Source: Ranitomeya imitator
Taxonomy: Eukaryota
NCBI RefSeq assembly: GCF_032444005.1
Contig: NC_091283.1
Span: forward strand, 268,150,001-268,214,000
Length of the DNA: 64,000 nucleotides
Reading direction: 5' to 3'
The position numbers were made by a program, and so were the translations under genes. Position 1 is the stretch's first letter. Each line of letters starts with the position of its first letter. Below the pieces are notes generated by a model. That model searched no databases. It saw only the letters and a list, made by a program, of their open reading frames with translations, and was not told the origin of the DNA. Positions 1 through 10,200 of this stretch are shown here, piece by piece.

Positions 1-600
1 TGGGGTGGTGGCCAAGTTCCTCTATTAGGCCCCACCTTCAGAGACCCCGTCTTGGGTGACATTCCAACTATTCTTCGGGAGCCCTACTGCAGCTGTCCCC
101 CTTTGGAGTGGTGACCGGGCTCCTCTAAGTGACCTCTCAGAGTTCTCTCACTGGAGCTGTGGCCGAACTCCTCTAGTAGGCCATTTTTCAGAGGTCCCCC
201 ACTGAGGCTGCAACTGGGCTCCTCTAAGAGGTAGCTTCCTTTGGGCATCCTCCTCTGGCACAGAAGCCAGGCTCCTCTGGGAGGCCCCCTTACGATATCC
301 GTCATCTGGGATGGCGGCTGGTCTCCTCTAGGATACCCCCCTTCCGCGATAACCCCCAAGGGGGTGGACTTGGGTCCTGTTTGAGGCACCACCTTCAGAT
401 GTCCGCCTTTGGAGCAATGGCCAAAATTCTCTAGAACCCCACCCCCCTTTCAGAGGTCCTTCTCTGGGGCAGTGGTCGGGCTCCCCTTCTGAGATCCCAA
501 CCTCAAAGGATACCCCCTCCATCAAAGTAACCTCCCTCTGAGGCGGTCGGGCTCCTCTCGGAGGCACCCTTCCTTCGGAAGTCACCACGAGTGCAGACAC
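1..600. repeat. Highly degenerate ~51-bp tandem repeat
   Basis: Recurrent motifs GGCTCCTCT and CCCC(A)CCTTCAGAG. The minus-strand translation shows LLEEP / LLEEF / HLEEP at about 17-codon spacing. Boundaries approximate. Confidence 0.4.
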
Positions 601-1387
601 AGGGGATTCCTCCCACCTGGGGTGACCCTATAGGCCTTCAAGAGGTGGATGAACAGGACCTGGTAGAGATCTGTGGTGGTCCCTACGAGGTGGCGCTCGT
701 CTATCCTCCATAGGTCCTCGTGATGTTGCTTCTGGCCTTTTCTTTGGAGGTTCTTCTGGTCGCATAATATTGAGCGTGACTGAACCTGGCTGAGCCTGGT
801 GATTTCTGGATAATTCCATAATTTCCTAATTATTCTACAGAGTTCATACAAGAGCGGAATATAATCAGATCATAAAAAAGATGATTCACTGTGGACATCA
901 GAAATACAAGCGACAATGCGGCATTATCAGGAGGTGAACCTGGAGCCTCTGGAGACGAAGTGCACGCAACTATCGGGACATGTCACGGGGACCGGAGCGC
1001 CCACTCAAAAGGTATTGTGGGGAAAACCAGATCCCAAAACTACAATCAATGTTTTTTATTATTTTATAGGCTGTAACATGGATGACAGGACTGCGAATCA
1101 CGGGAGGACCCGCTCCGATCACCAGAAGGGCCAGTAATTATCTATTAGTCACAACATATGTTCTTCCTGGTGATTGTCCCCTAGATCCACCGGGAGATTA
1201 ACGAGGCCGTTAACATAAAGTACTGCACAACACTGCCCACATAATATATAGCGCACCCGCAGCACGTCACCACGGGAGGAGGATAGTCACCGACCATAAA
1301 CTCAGCATCAGAGCATCACTGGAACCAGGAGATAAACCAGAGAAATATATCAATGGCCACACTGCCACTATATACAAGAGTATATAT

Positions 1388-1952
1388 ATAATACTGACCT
1401 CTATGTACAAGAATATAACTACTATAATACTGCCCCCTATGTACAAGAATATAACTACTATAATACTGCCCCCTATGTACAAGAATATAACTACTATAAT
1501 ACTGCCCCCTATGTACAAGAATATAACTGCTATAATACTGCCCCCTATGTACAAGAATATAACTGCTATAATACTGCCCCCTATGTACAAGAATATAACT
1601 GCTATAATACTGCCCCTATGTACAAGAATATAACTACTATAATACTGCCCCTGTGTTCAAGAATATAACTACTATAATACTGCCCCTATGTACAAGAATA
1701 TAACTACTATAATACTGCCCCTATGTACAAGAATATAACTACTATAATACTGCCTCCTATGTACAAGAATATAACTGCTATAATACTGCCCCTATGTACA
1801 AGAATATAACTACTATAATACTGCCCGTATGTACAAGAATATAACTACTATAATACTGCTCCTATGTACAAGAATATAACTACTATAATACTGCCCGTAT
1901 GTACAAGAATATAACTACTATAATATTGCTCCAATGTACAAGAATATAACTA
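1388..1952. repeat. 36-bp AT-rich minisatellite (CTATGTACAAGAATATAACTACTATAATACTGCCCC)n, ~15 units
   Basis: Period read directly (1401, 1437...), with 35-bp variants. It explains the MYKNITTIILPP ORF. Confidence 0.97.
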
Positions 1953-2623
1953 TCTATATTACTGACATACAGTGCCCAAGTATTACCAATCTAATAATGG
2001 AAATTTATATAGTGCTGGACAATGCTCCCATAGGTCGGAAGGCACTCTACAAGCTACTGGGGAAGAGTCGATGGTCGACCTCAGTATGACCAATGCTCAC
2101 GATGGGCCACAACGACGCCTTGGTGCTGATATCGCTTGGTCGAAAGGGAAGATCAAAAGCTGCAGAGATACTGTATCTTAGAGTTCGGCACTTGGAATGT
2201 ACAAATTATGAACCAAGAAACTCAACATTATCAAAGCCGGGACGGACAGAACTGGCTCAGAATTAGAGAATTAAGATGGACTTAATCCGGACAGTTCTAC
2301 AAGTCTGCATACCAACAATTGCCGAGGAGGAGGATGCAGAACTACTCTACCATCAAGAAGAAAATCGAGAAGACACCAAACCAAGACTTACTCATTACTA
2401 CGGGAGACTTGAATGCCAAAGTGGACCCCGGCAAACAGGGAACCGTTGTTGGAAACTCTGGACTTGGTTGAACAAAGCGAGGCTGGAGGAAGATTCATAG
2501 ACTTTTGTACGACAAGTCATCTGTCCACCATGACCACTTTCTTCCAAAATCACAAATGGCCGAATAGGTCCTATAAGAATCGAATTGACTACATATGTCT
2601 TCGTCAAAGATGGAGGTCATCAA

Positions 2624-3157
2624 CAGGGCTGTGGAGTCGGAGTCGTGGAGTCAGAGCCCATTGTCATGGAGTCGGAGTCAAGGAAATTGAGGAGTCGGAG
2701 TTGGAGTTTTGGCTTAGGCTACTTTCACACTAGCATCGGAATCTCCCCGTCGCAATGCGTCGGGGAGAGATTCCGACGCTAGCGTTTAACGCACTGCACA
2801 ATGGAGGCAGCGGATGCATTTCTCCGGCGCATCCGCTGCCCCATTGTAAGGTGCGGGGAGGTGGGGGCGGAGTTCCGGCCGCGCATGCGCGGTCGGAAAA
2901 AGCGGTCCGTCAGGAGCAAAAAACGTTACATGTATCGTTTTTTGCTCCCGACGGTCCGCAGAAGCACGACGCATCCGTCGCTCGACGGATGCGACGTGTG
3001 GCAATCCGTCGCAAATGCGTCGTCAATACAAGTCTATGGGGGAAAAAACGCATCCTGCAAGCACTTTTGCAGGATGCGTTTTTTCTGCAAAACGACGCAT
3101 TGTGACGGATTGCAGAAAACGCTAGTGTGAAAGTAGCCTACCGACTCCACAGCCCTG
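2624..3157. mobile_element. Non-autonomous DNA transposon (MITE, hAT-like CAGGG termini) inserted in the RTE
   Basis: Perfect 17-bp TIRs: CAGGGCTGTGGAGTCGG (2624) and CCGACTCCACAGCCCTG (3141-3157), with internal GGAGTC(G) repeats. TSD not clearly preserved. Confidence 0.8.
2717..3138. mobile_element. MITE (PIF/Harbinger-like termini) nested in the preceding MITE
   Basis: TIRs GGCTACTTTCACACTAGC / GCTAGTGTGAAAGTAGCC, flanked by TA on both sides, with many internal palindromes. Confidence 0.85.
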
Positions 3158-3394
3158 GACTCGTCGATCATTACCACACAACCAAGGCCAGTAACTGACT
3201 TTGGAACTGATCATGAACTTCTAGACAACTGGATGTCTCCAACTTCCAATTGACCAACATACCTGAAGTTGTTTGGATGGTCTACACAATCGATTCATAG
3301 CACTGGAGATGGATGAAAGAAAACCTGAGGAATTATGGACTTATAACAATATTACTAAAGAAGGCAGAAAGGCAAACAAAGGCAGGAGATGCCA

Positions 3395-3754
3395 GCCACG
3401 GTCAACAGAAGAGACCCTCACAGCCACAGTCAACAGAAGAGACCCTCACAGCCACGGTCAACAGAAGAGACCCTCACAGCCACGGTCAACAGTAGAGACC
3501 CTCACAGCCACGGTCAACAGAAGAGACCCTCATAGCCACGGTCAACAGAAGAGACTCTCACAGCCACGGTCAACAGAAGAGACCCTCACAGCCACGGTCA
3601 ACAGAAGAGACCCTCACAGCCACGGTCAACAGAAGAGACCCTCATAGCCACGGTCAACAGAAGAGACCCTCACAGCCACGGTCAACAGAAGAGACCCTCA
3701 TAGCCACGGTCAACAGAAGAGACTCTCACAGCCACGGTCAACAGAAGAGACCCT
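3395..3754. repeat. 28-bp minisatellite (GCCACGGTCAACAGAAGAGACCCTCACA)n, ~13 units, inside the RTE
   Basis: Period 28 read directly (3395, 3423...). Confidence 0.97.
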
Positions 3755-4243
3755 TCTTTGATGATCTTTAGGACAAGCAAGACGCAGACATCAGTAGACA
3801 ACTAAAGAAAGCAATTAGGGCAAAGAACTTTATTACCAAAACATATGTAGAGATAGAAAGCGAACATCTGAGGGTCAAGACCTAAAGATCAAGGAGATAC
3901 CACGAAAGTGTCAACCAAGAGCGAACAATGATGGACATTTCATACAGGACACACAAGGTGACAGGCGGCTCCTAGCACAATGCATGGTCACAGCTGACCG
4001 GAGAGCGGCTCATTGTCCTGGGGGCCGGTGACGCAGCGGCCGCTCACAATGCTCCAGTTGATGCCGGTGACAATGGTAACACACGATCACACAATGACTC
4101 CGCACCGCCAGGGTCAGCAGATCACAATCGGTGCCAAGTGAACAATGCTAAGCAGCAACCCAGAAGTGAGGACAATTCAGGAGAAGAGACCGTGACCTGA
4201 GATGATTCACACATCAGGGGGTACAAGAAACAGTGCTCTGCGC

Positions 4244-4635
4244 GGGGGTAATGCTCTGCAGATCTAGAGTGCTCGGGGGTAATGCTCTGCAGATCTAGAG
4301 TGCTCGGGGGTAATGCTCTGCAGATCTAGAGTGCTCGGGGGTAATGCTCTGCAGATCTAGAGTGCTCGGGGGTAATGCTCTGCAGATCTAGAGTGCTCGG
4401 GGGTAATGCTCTGCAGATCTAGAGTGCTCGGGGGTAATGCTCTGCAGATCTAGAGTGCTCGGGGGTAATGCTCTGCAGATCTAGAGTGCTCGGGGGGTAA
4501 TGCTCTGCAGATCTAGAGTGCTCGGGGGGTAATGCGCTGCAGATCTATAGCGCTCGGGGAGTAATGCTCTGCAGATCTAGAGCGCTCGGGGGTAATGCTC
4601 TGCAGATCTAGAGCGCTCGGGGGGTAATGCTCAGC
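4244..4635. repeat. 31-bp minisatellite (GGGGGTAATGCTCTGCAGATCTAGAGTGCTC)n, ~12.5 units
   Basis: Period 31 (4244, 4275...). Variants cluster at the right end. Confidence 0.97.
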
Positions 4636-4872
4636 AGGATGTAAAGTGGTGTAACACTGCGCCGTATCTGGTGCGTGTTGTGCAGCACTTACGTGTTGTA
4701 TGACAATTGTACATAGTTAATGGTGATGAAGTCACAGCGGGGTCTGGACGGTCCGGTGATCGCCGCCCTCAGACTCTTTCATAAGTACGAGCCCACCTGA
4801 TGTTGGGAAGGCAGAGAGGTGGGAAACCTGGGGACCAAAGTCTATTGGGGCACAACATTTCACTAGAGATTA

Positions 4873-6421
4873 GGGACCGCTTTGGGGCGAGGCTTAGAGC
4901 CGAGGTCGGGGACCGGCCCGGGGGCAAGGCTTAGAGCCGAGGTCGGGGACCGGCCCGGGGGCAAGGCTTAGAGCCGAGGTCGGGGACCGGCCCGGGGGCA
5001 AGGCTTAGAGCCGAGGTCGGGGACCGGCCCGGGGGCAAGGCTTAGAGCCGAGGTCGGGGACCGGCCCGGGGGCAAGGCTTAGAGCCGAGGTCGGGGACCG
5101 GCCCGGGGGCAAGGCTTAGAGCCGAGGTCGGGGACCGGCCCGGGGGCAAGGCTTAGAGCCGAGGTCGGGGACCGGCCCGGGGGCAAGGCTTAGAGCCGAG
5201 GTCGGGGACCGGCCCGGGGGCAAGGCTTAGAGCCGAGGTCGGGGACCGGCCCGGGGGCAAGGCTTAGAGCCGAGGTCGGGGACCGGCCCGGGGGCAAGGC
5301 TTAGAGCCGAGGTCGGGGACCGGCCCGGGGGCAAGGCTTAGAGCCGAGGTCGGGGACCGGCCCGGGGGCAAGGCTTAGAGCCGAGGTCGGGGACCGGCCC
5401 GGGGGCAAGGCTTAGAGCCGAGGTCGGGGACCGGCCCGGGGGCAAGGCTTAGAGCCGAGGTCGGGGACCGGCCCGGGGGCAAGGCTTAGAGCCGAGGTCG
5501 GGGACCGGCCCGGGGGCAAGGCTTAGAGCCGAGGTCGGGGACCGGCCCGGGGGCAAGGCTTAGAGCCGAGGTCGGGGACCGGCCCGGGGGCAAGGCTTAG
5601 AGCCGAGGTCGGGGACCGGCCCGGGGGCAAGGCTTAGAGCCGAGGTCGGGGACCGGCCCGGGGGCAAGGCTTAGAGCCGAGGTCGGGGACCGGCCCGGGG
5701 GCAAGGCTTAGAGCCGAGGTCGGGGACCGGCCCGGGGGCAAGGCTTAGAGCCGAGGTCGGGGACCGGCCCGGGGGCAAGGCTTAGAGCCGAGGTCGGGGA
5801 CCGGCCCGGGGGCAAGGCTTAGAGCCGAGGTCGGGGACCGGCCCGGGGGCAAGGCTTAGAGCCGAGGTCGGGGACCGGCCCGGGGGCAAGGCTTAGAGCC
5901 GAGGTCGGGGACCGGCCCGGGGGCAAGGCTTAGAGCCGAGGTCGGGGACCGGCCCGGGGGCAAGGCTTAGAGCCGAGGTCGGGGACCGCTCCGGGGCAAG
6001 GCTTAGAGCCGAGGTCGGGGACCGCTCCGGGGCAAGGCTTAGAGCCGAGGTCGGGGACCGCTCCGGGGCAAGGCTTAGAGCCGAGGTCGGGGACCGCTCC
6101 GGGGCAAGGCTTAGAGCAGAGGTCGGGGACCGCTCCGGGGCAAGGCTTAGAGCCGAGGTCGGGGACCGCTCCGGGGCAAGGCTTAGAGCAGAGGTCGGGG
6201 ACCGCTCCGGGGCAAGGCTTAGAGCCGAGGTCGGGGACCGCTCCGGGGCAAGGCTTAGAGCCGAGGTCGGGGGACTACTTCTGGGACAGGCTTAGAGCCG
6301 AGGTCGGGGACCGCTCCGGGGCAAGGCTTAGAGCAGAGGTCGGGGACCGCTCCGGGGCAAGGCTTAGAGCCGAGGTCGGGGGACTACTTCTGGGACAGGC
6401 TTAGAGCCGAGGTCGGGGACT
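4873..6421. repeat. 37-bp CpG-rich minisatellite (GGGGGCAAGGCTTAGAGCCGAGGTCGGGGACCGGCCC)n, ~42 units
   Basis: About 30 identical 37-bp units up to ~5985, then 36-bp GACCGCTCC variants and GGACTACTTCTGGGAC variants. Confidence 0.97.
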
Positions 6422-6736
6422 GCTTCAGGGACTCTCCCCAGCACCGTCACTGATTGATCATCCGAAACATCTGCTCCAGATCTGATCGCCACCTGGTGGC
6501 CAAACCATGGAGACAGCGGCTACACAGCCCACATCATGGCAGGGGCACTACAGATCCCAGCGAGAAGCTGCTGAGTCCCAGGCATTACAATGGGAAGACA
6601 CAAGAGCGGAGCTTCCAGCAGCTGGAGCCGCCTCCTGACATTGAGCTCTCGGTGACACAATGTGAACAGACACACGGAAACATCCCTGTACCATCAGGTC
6701 CACGGCGTCCCTATGACAAGCCCTCGGGGCACTCAC

Positions 6737-6916
6737 CTCCAGCAGCTGCACGTAGCTGGCCGGGAACCAGCCCCTCTCGCCGTCCTTCTCGCCCTCCCAC
6801 CAGCCGCCGTCCGCCACCTGCAGCACCGTGATCAGCTCTCCCGCCGAGAACTTCAGCCCCTGTCGGTGCTGCTCCCCGGAGAAGGCGTACAGGCTCCGGC
6901 ACAGCGCCGCCGACAT
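6737..6916 (-). CDS. GAS7: First coding exon of growth arrest-specific protein 7 (N-terminal SH3 domain, 60 aa, phase 0)
   Basis: Translation MSAALCRSLYAFSGEQHRQGLKFSAGELITVLQVADGGWWEGEKDGERGWFPASYVQLLE closely matches the vertebrate GAS7 N-terminus as I recall it (MSGARCRTLYPFSGERHGQGLRFAAGELITLLQVPDGGWWEGEKEDGLRGWFPASYVQLLE). It ends at a canonical GAG|GTGAGT donor (plus strand ACTCAC 6731-6736). The ORF-track extension beyond QLLE is intron. Confidence 0.93.
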
Positions 6917-7200
6917 GTCCGGGGCGGAGGAGGAGACCCCCGGCCGGCAGACCCCCGCTCCGGGCAGCTGTGCAGCCGCCCACTAACCCTCCATGGTGCG
7001 GAGCTCCTCTCCGGGCAGCCGCCAGCACAGGACTGAGAGCGCAGCACCGGGAGGAGAGGAGAGGCTGCGGAGCCGGCCAATCAGAGGAGAGGGGACCGGG
7101 GGAGGAGAGGAGAAGAGAGGGGACCGGGGGAGGAGAGGAGAAAAGAGGGGACCGGGGAGGAGAGGAGAGGCTGCGGAGCCGGCCAATCAGAGGAGAGGGG
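6917..7200 (-). promoter_or_regulatory. Putative GAS7 5' UTR / CpG-island promoter with GC boxes and two CCAAT boxes
   Basis: GC-rich and CpG-dense. GGGGCGGAGG at 6921. GGCCAATCAG (NF-Y consensus) with CCAAT at 7077 and 7183. The TSS is not determinable from sequence. Confidence 0.6.
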
Positions 7201-10200
7201 AAGAGAGGACCCGGGGAGGAGAGGAGACCAGGGGAGGGGAGGAGAGGAGACCAGGGGAGGGGAGGAGAGGAGACCAGGGGAGGGGAAGAGAGGAGACCAG
7301 GGGAGGGGAAGAGAGGAGACCAGGGGAGGGGAAGAGAGGAGACCAGGGGAGGGGAAGAGAGGAGACCTGGGGAGGAGAGGGGACCGGGGGAGGAGAGGAG
7401 ACCTGGGGAGGAGAGGGGACGGGGGAGGAGAGGAGTACTGGGGACGAGAGGGGAAGAGAGGAGACCCGGGGAGGAGAGAGGAAGAGAGGAGACCCGGGGA
7501 GGAGAGGAGACCTGGGGAGGAGAGGGGAAGAGAGGGGACCCAGGGAGGAGAGGAGACCCGGGGAGGAGAGGGGAAGAGAGGGGACCCAGGGAGGAGAGGA
7601 GACCAGGGGAGGGGAAGAGAGGAGACCTGGGGAGGAGAGGGGACCGGGGGAGGAGAGGAGACCTGGGGAGGGGAGGAGAAGAGAGGAGACCTGGGGAGGA
7701 GAGGGGACCGGGGGAGGAGAGGAGACCTGGGGAGGAGAGGGGAAGAGAGGGGACCCAGGGAGGAGAGGAGACCCGGGGAGGGGAGGGGAGGGGAAGAGAG
7801 GAGACCTGGGGAGGAGAGAGGAAGAGACCCGGAGAGGAGACCCGGGGAGGAGAGGGGAAGAAGGGAGACCCGGGGAGGAGAGGAGACCTGGGGAGGAGAG
7901 AGGAAGAGAGGGGACCCAGGGAGGAGAGGAGACCCAGGGAGGAGAGGGGAAGAGAGGGGACCCGGGGAGGAGAGAGGAAGAGAGGAGACCCGGGGAGAGA
8001 GGAGACCCAGGGGAGAGAAGAGCAGACCCGGGGAGGAGAGGAGATCCAGGGAAGAGAGGAGAAGAGACCAGGGGAGGAGAGAAGAGGAGACCCGGGGAGG
8101 AGAGGACAATCAGAGGAGAGGAGAGGGGAAGAAAGGAGAGGAGACCCGGGGAGGAGAGGACAATCAGAGGAGAGGGGAAGAGAGGAGACCCGAGGAGGAG
8201 AGGAAACACGGAGAGGAGAGGAGACCCGGGGAGGAGAGGACAATCAGAAGAGAGGAGAGGGGAAGTGAGGAGACCCGGGGAGGAGAGGACAATCAGAGGA
8301 GAGGGGAGGAGAGGACAATCAGAGGAGAATGGAAGAGAGGAGAAGAGACCCGGAGAGGGGAAGGGAGGAGAGGAGACCCGGGGAGTAGAGGACGATCAGA
8401 GGAGAGGACAAGGAACATGGAGAGGAGAGAGAACCCGGGGATTAGAGGAGACCCAGGGAAGAGAGGAGAGGAGACCAGGGGAGGAGAGAAGAGGAGACCC
8501 GGGGGGGAGAGGACAATCAGAGGAGAGGAGAGGGGAAGAAAGGAGAGGAGACCCGGGGAGGAGAGGACAATCAGAGGAGAGGGGAAGAGAAGAGAGGAGA
8601 CCCGGGGAGGAGAGAAGAGGAGAGGGTACACGGAGAGGAGAGGACAAGGAACACGGATAGGGAACCCGGGAAGGAGAGGAGACCCGGGGAGGAGAGGGTA
8701 CACGGAGAGGAGAGAGAAGAGGACAAGGAACACAGAGCGGAGACCCAGGGAGGAGAGGAAATCTGGGAAAGAGAGGATAGGAGACCCGGAAAGCCAATCA
8801 GAAGACAGTAAAGGGGAAGAGAGGAGACCTGGGGAGGAGAGGACAAGGAACACGGAGAGGAGAGGACAAGGAACACGGAGAGGAGAGGGAACCCAGGGAA
8901 GAGAGGGAACCAGAGGAGGAGAGGACAGGGAACATGAAGAGGAGAAAAAACCTGGGGAGAAGAGAAGAGGAGAGGAAACTCGGAGAGGGAAAGGGTAGGA
9001 CAGGTAACCCAGGGAAGAGAGAAGAGGGAATACAGGGAGTAGAGGGAACCCAGGGAGGAGAGGACAGGGAATACGGAAAAGAGAGGAAATCCGGGGAGGA
9101 GAGAAGAGGAAACAGAGAGGACAGGAAACACGGAGAGAAGAAGAGAGGGAACCCGGAAAGGAGAGGACGGGGAACATGGAGAGGACAAGGAACCTGGGAA
9201 GGAAAGAAGAAGGAACACGGACAGTAGAGTGATCCAGGAGAGGACAGGGAACCCGGGGAGGAGAGAGGAAGAGAGGAGACCCGGGAGAGAGGAGACCCAG
9301 GGAAGAGAGGAGACCCCGGGAGGAGAGAAGAGCAGACCCGGGGAGGAGAGGAGATCCAGGGAAGAGAGGAGAAGAGACCAGGGGAGGAGAGAAGAGGAGA
9401 CCCGGGGAGGAGAGGACAATCAGAGGAGAGGAGAGGGGAAGAAAGGAGAGGAGACCCGGGGAGGAGAGGACAATCAGAGGAGAGGGGAAGAGAGGAGACC
9501 CGAGGAGGAGAGGACAATGAACACGGAGAGGAGAGGACAAGGAACACGGAGAGGAGAGGGAACCCAGGGAAGAGAGGGAACCAGAGGAGGAGAGGACAGG
9601 GAACATGAAGAGGAGAAAAAACCTGGGGAGAAGAGAAGAGGAGAGGAAACTCGGAGAGGGAAAGGGTAGGACAGGTAACCCAGAGAAGAGAGAAGAGGGA
9701 ATACAGGGAGTAGAGGGAACCCAGGGAGGAGAGGACAGGGAATACGGAAAAGAGAGGAAATCCGGGGAGGAGAGAAGAGGAAACACAGAGAGGACAGGAA
9801 ACACGGAGAGAAGAAGAGAGGGAACCCGGAAAGGAGAGGACGGGGAACATGGAGAGGACAAGGAACCTGGGAAGGAAAGAAGAAGGAACACGGACAGTAG
9901 AGTGATCCAGGAGAGGACAGGGAACCCGGGGAGGAGAGAGGAAGAGAGGAGACCCGGGAGAGAGGAGACCCAGGGAAGAGAGGAGACCCCGGGAGGAGAG
10001 AAGAGCAGACCCGGGGAGGAGAGGAGATCCAGGGAAGAGAGGAGAAGAGACCAGGGGAGGAGAGAAGAGGAGACCCGGGGAGGAGAGGACAATCAGAGGA
10101 GAGGAGAGGGGAAGAAAGGAGAGGAGACCCGGGGAGGAGAGGACAATCAGAGGAGAGGGGAAGAGAGGAGACCCGAGGAGGAGAGGAAACACGGAGAGGA

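Larger units (their letters stand above)
2170..3940 (+). mobile_element. Decayed RTE-clade LINE (AP-endonuclease and linker region), interrupted by MITEs and a 28-bp array
   Basis: Frameshifted APE motifs GTWNVQ (2186), GDLNAKV (2402), EAGGRFIDFC, NRIDYI (2578), DFGTDHELL (3197) and NRFIALEMDERKPEELW (3287), as in RTE/BovB-type ORFs. Confidence 0.85.

Noticed and set aside
850-1140. Short ORFs and a possible AG/GT-bounded exon (TTTTATAG at ~1070)
   Set aside because: No recognisable protein, wrong strand for GAS7 and no supporting neighbours.
4244-4635. PstI-BglII-XbaI cluster as vector contamination
   Set aside because: It is a tandem array with natural variants and gradual flanks, and there is no other vector sequence.
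1388-6421. Regular repeat arrays as possible CRISPR-like loci
   Set aside because: The units are head-to-tail with no unique spacers, there are no cas genes and the context is eukaryotic.
6548-6736. ORF-track extension of the SH3 protein to 122 aa (VSAPRACHRD...)
   Set aside because: It begins exactly at the GTGAGT splice donor, so it is intron read-through.
6737-6916. Alternative identities for the SH3 exon (ARHGEF6/7, SH3KBP1, CD2AP)
   Set aside because: The LY-x-FSGE-x-H-x-QGL-x-F-x-AGELIT and GWFPASYVQLLE pattern at the extreme N-terminus matches GAS7 specifically.
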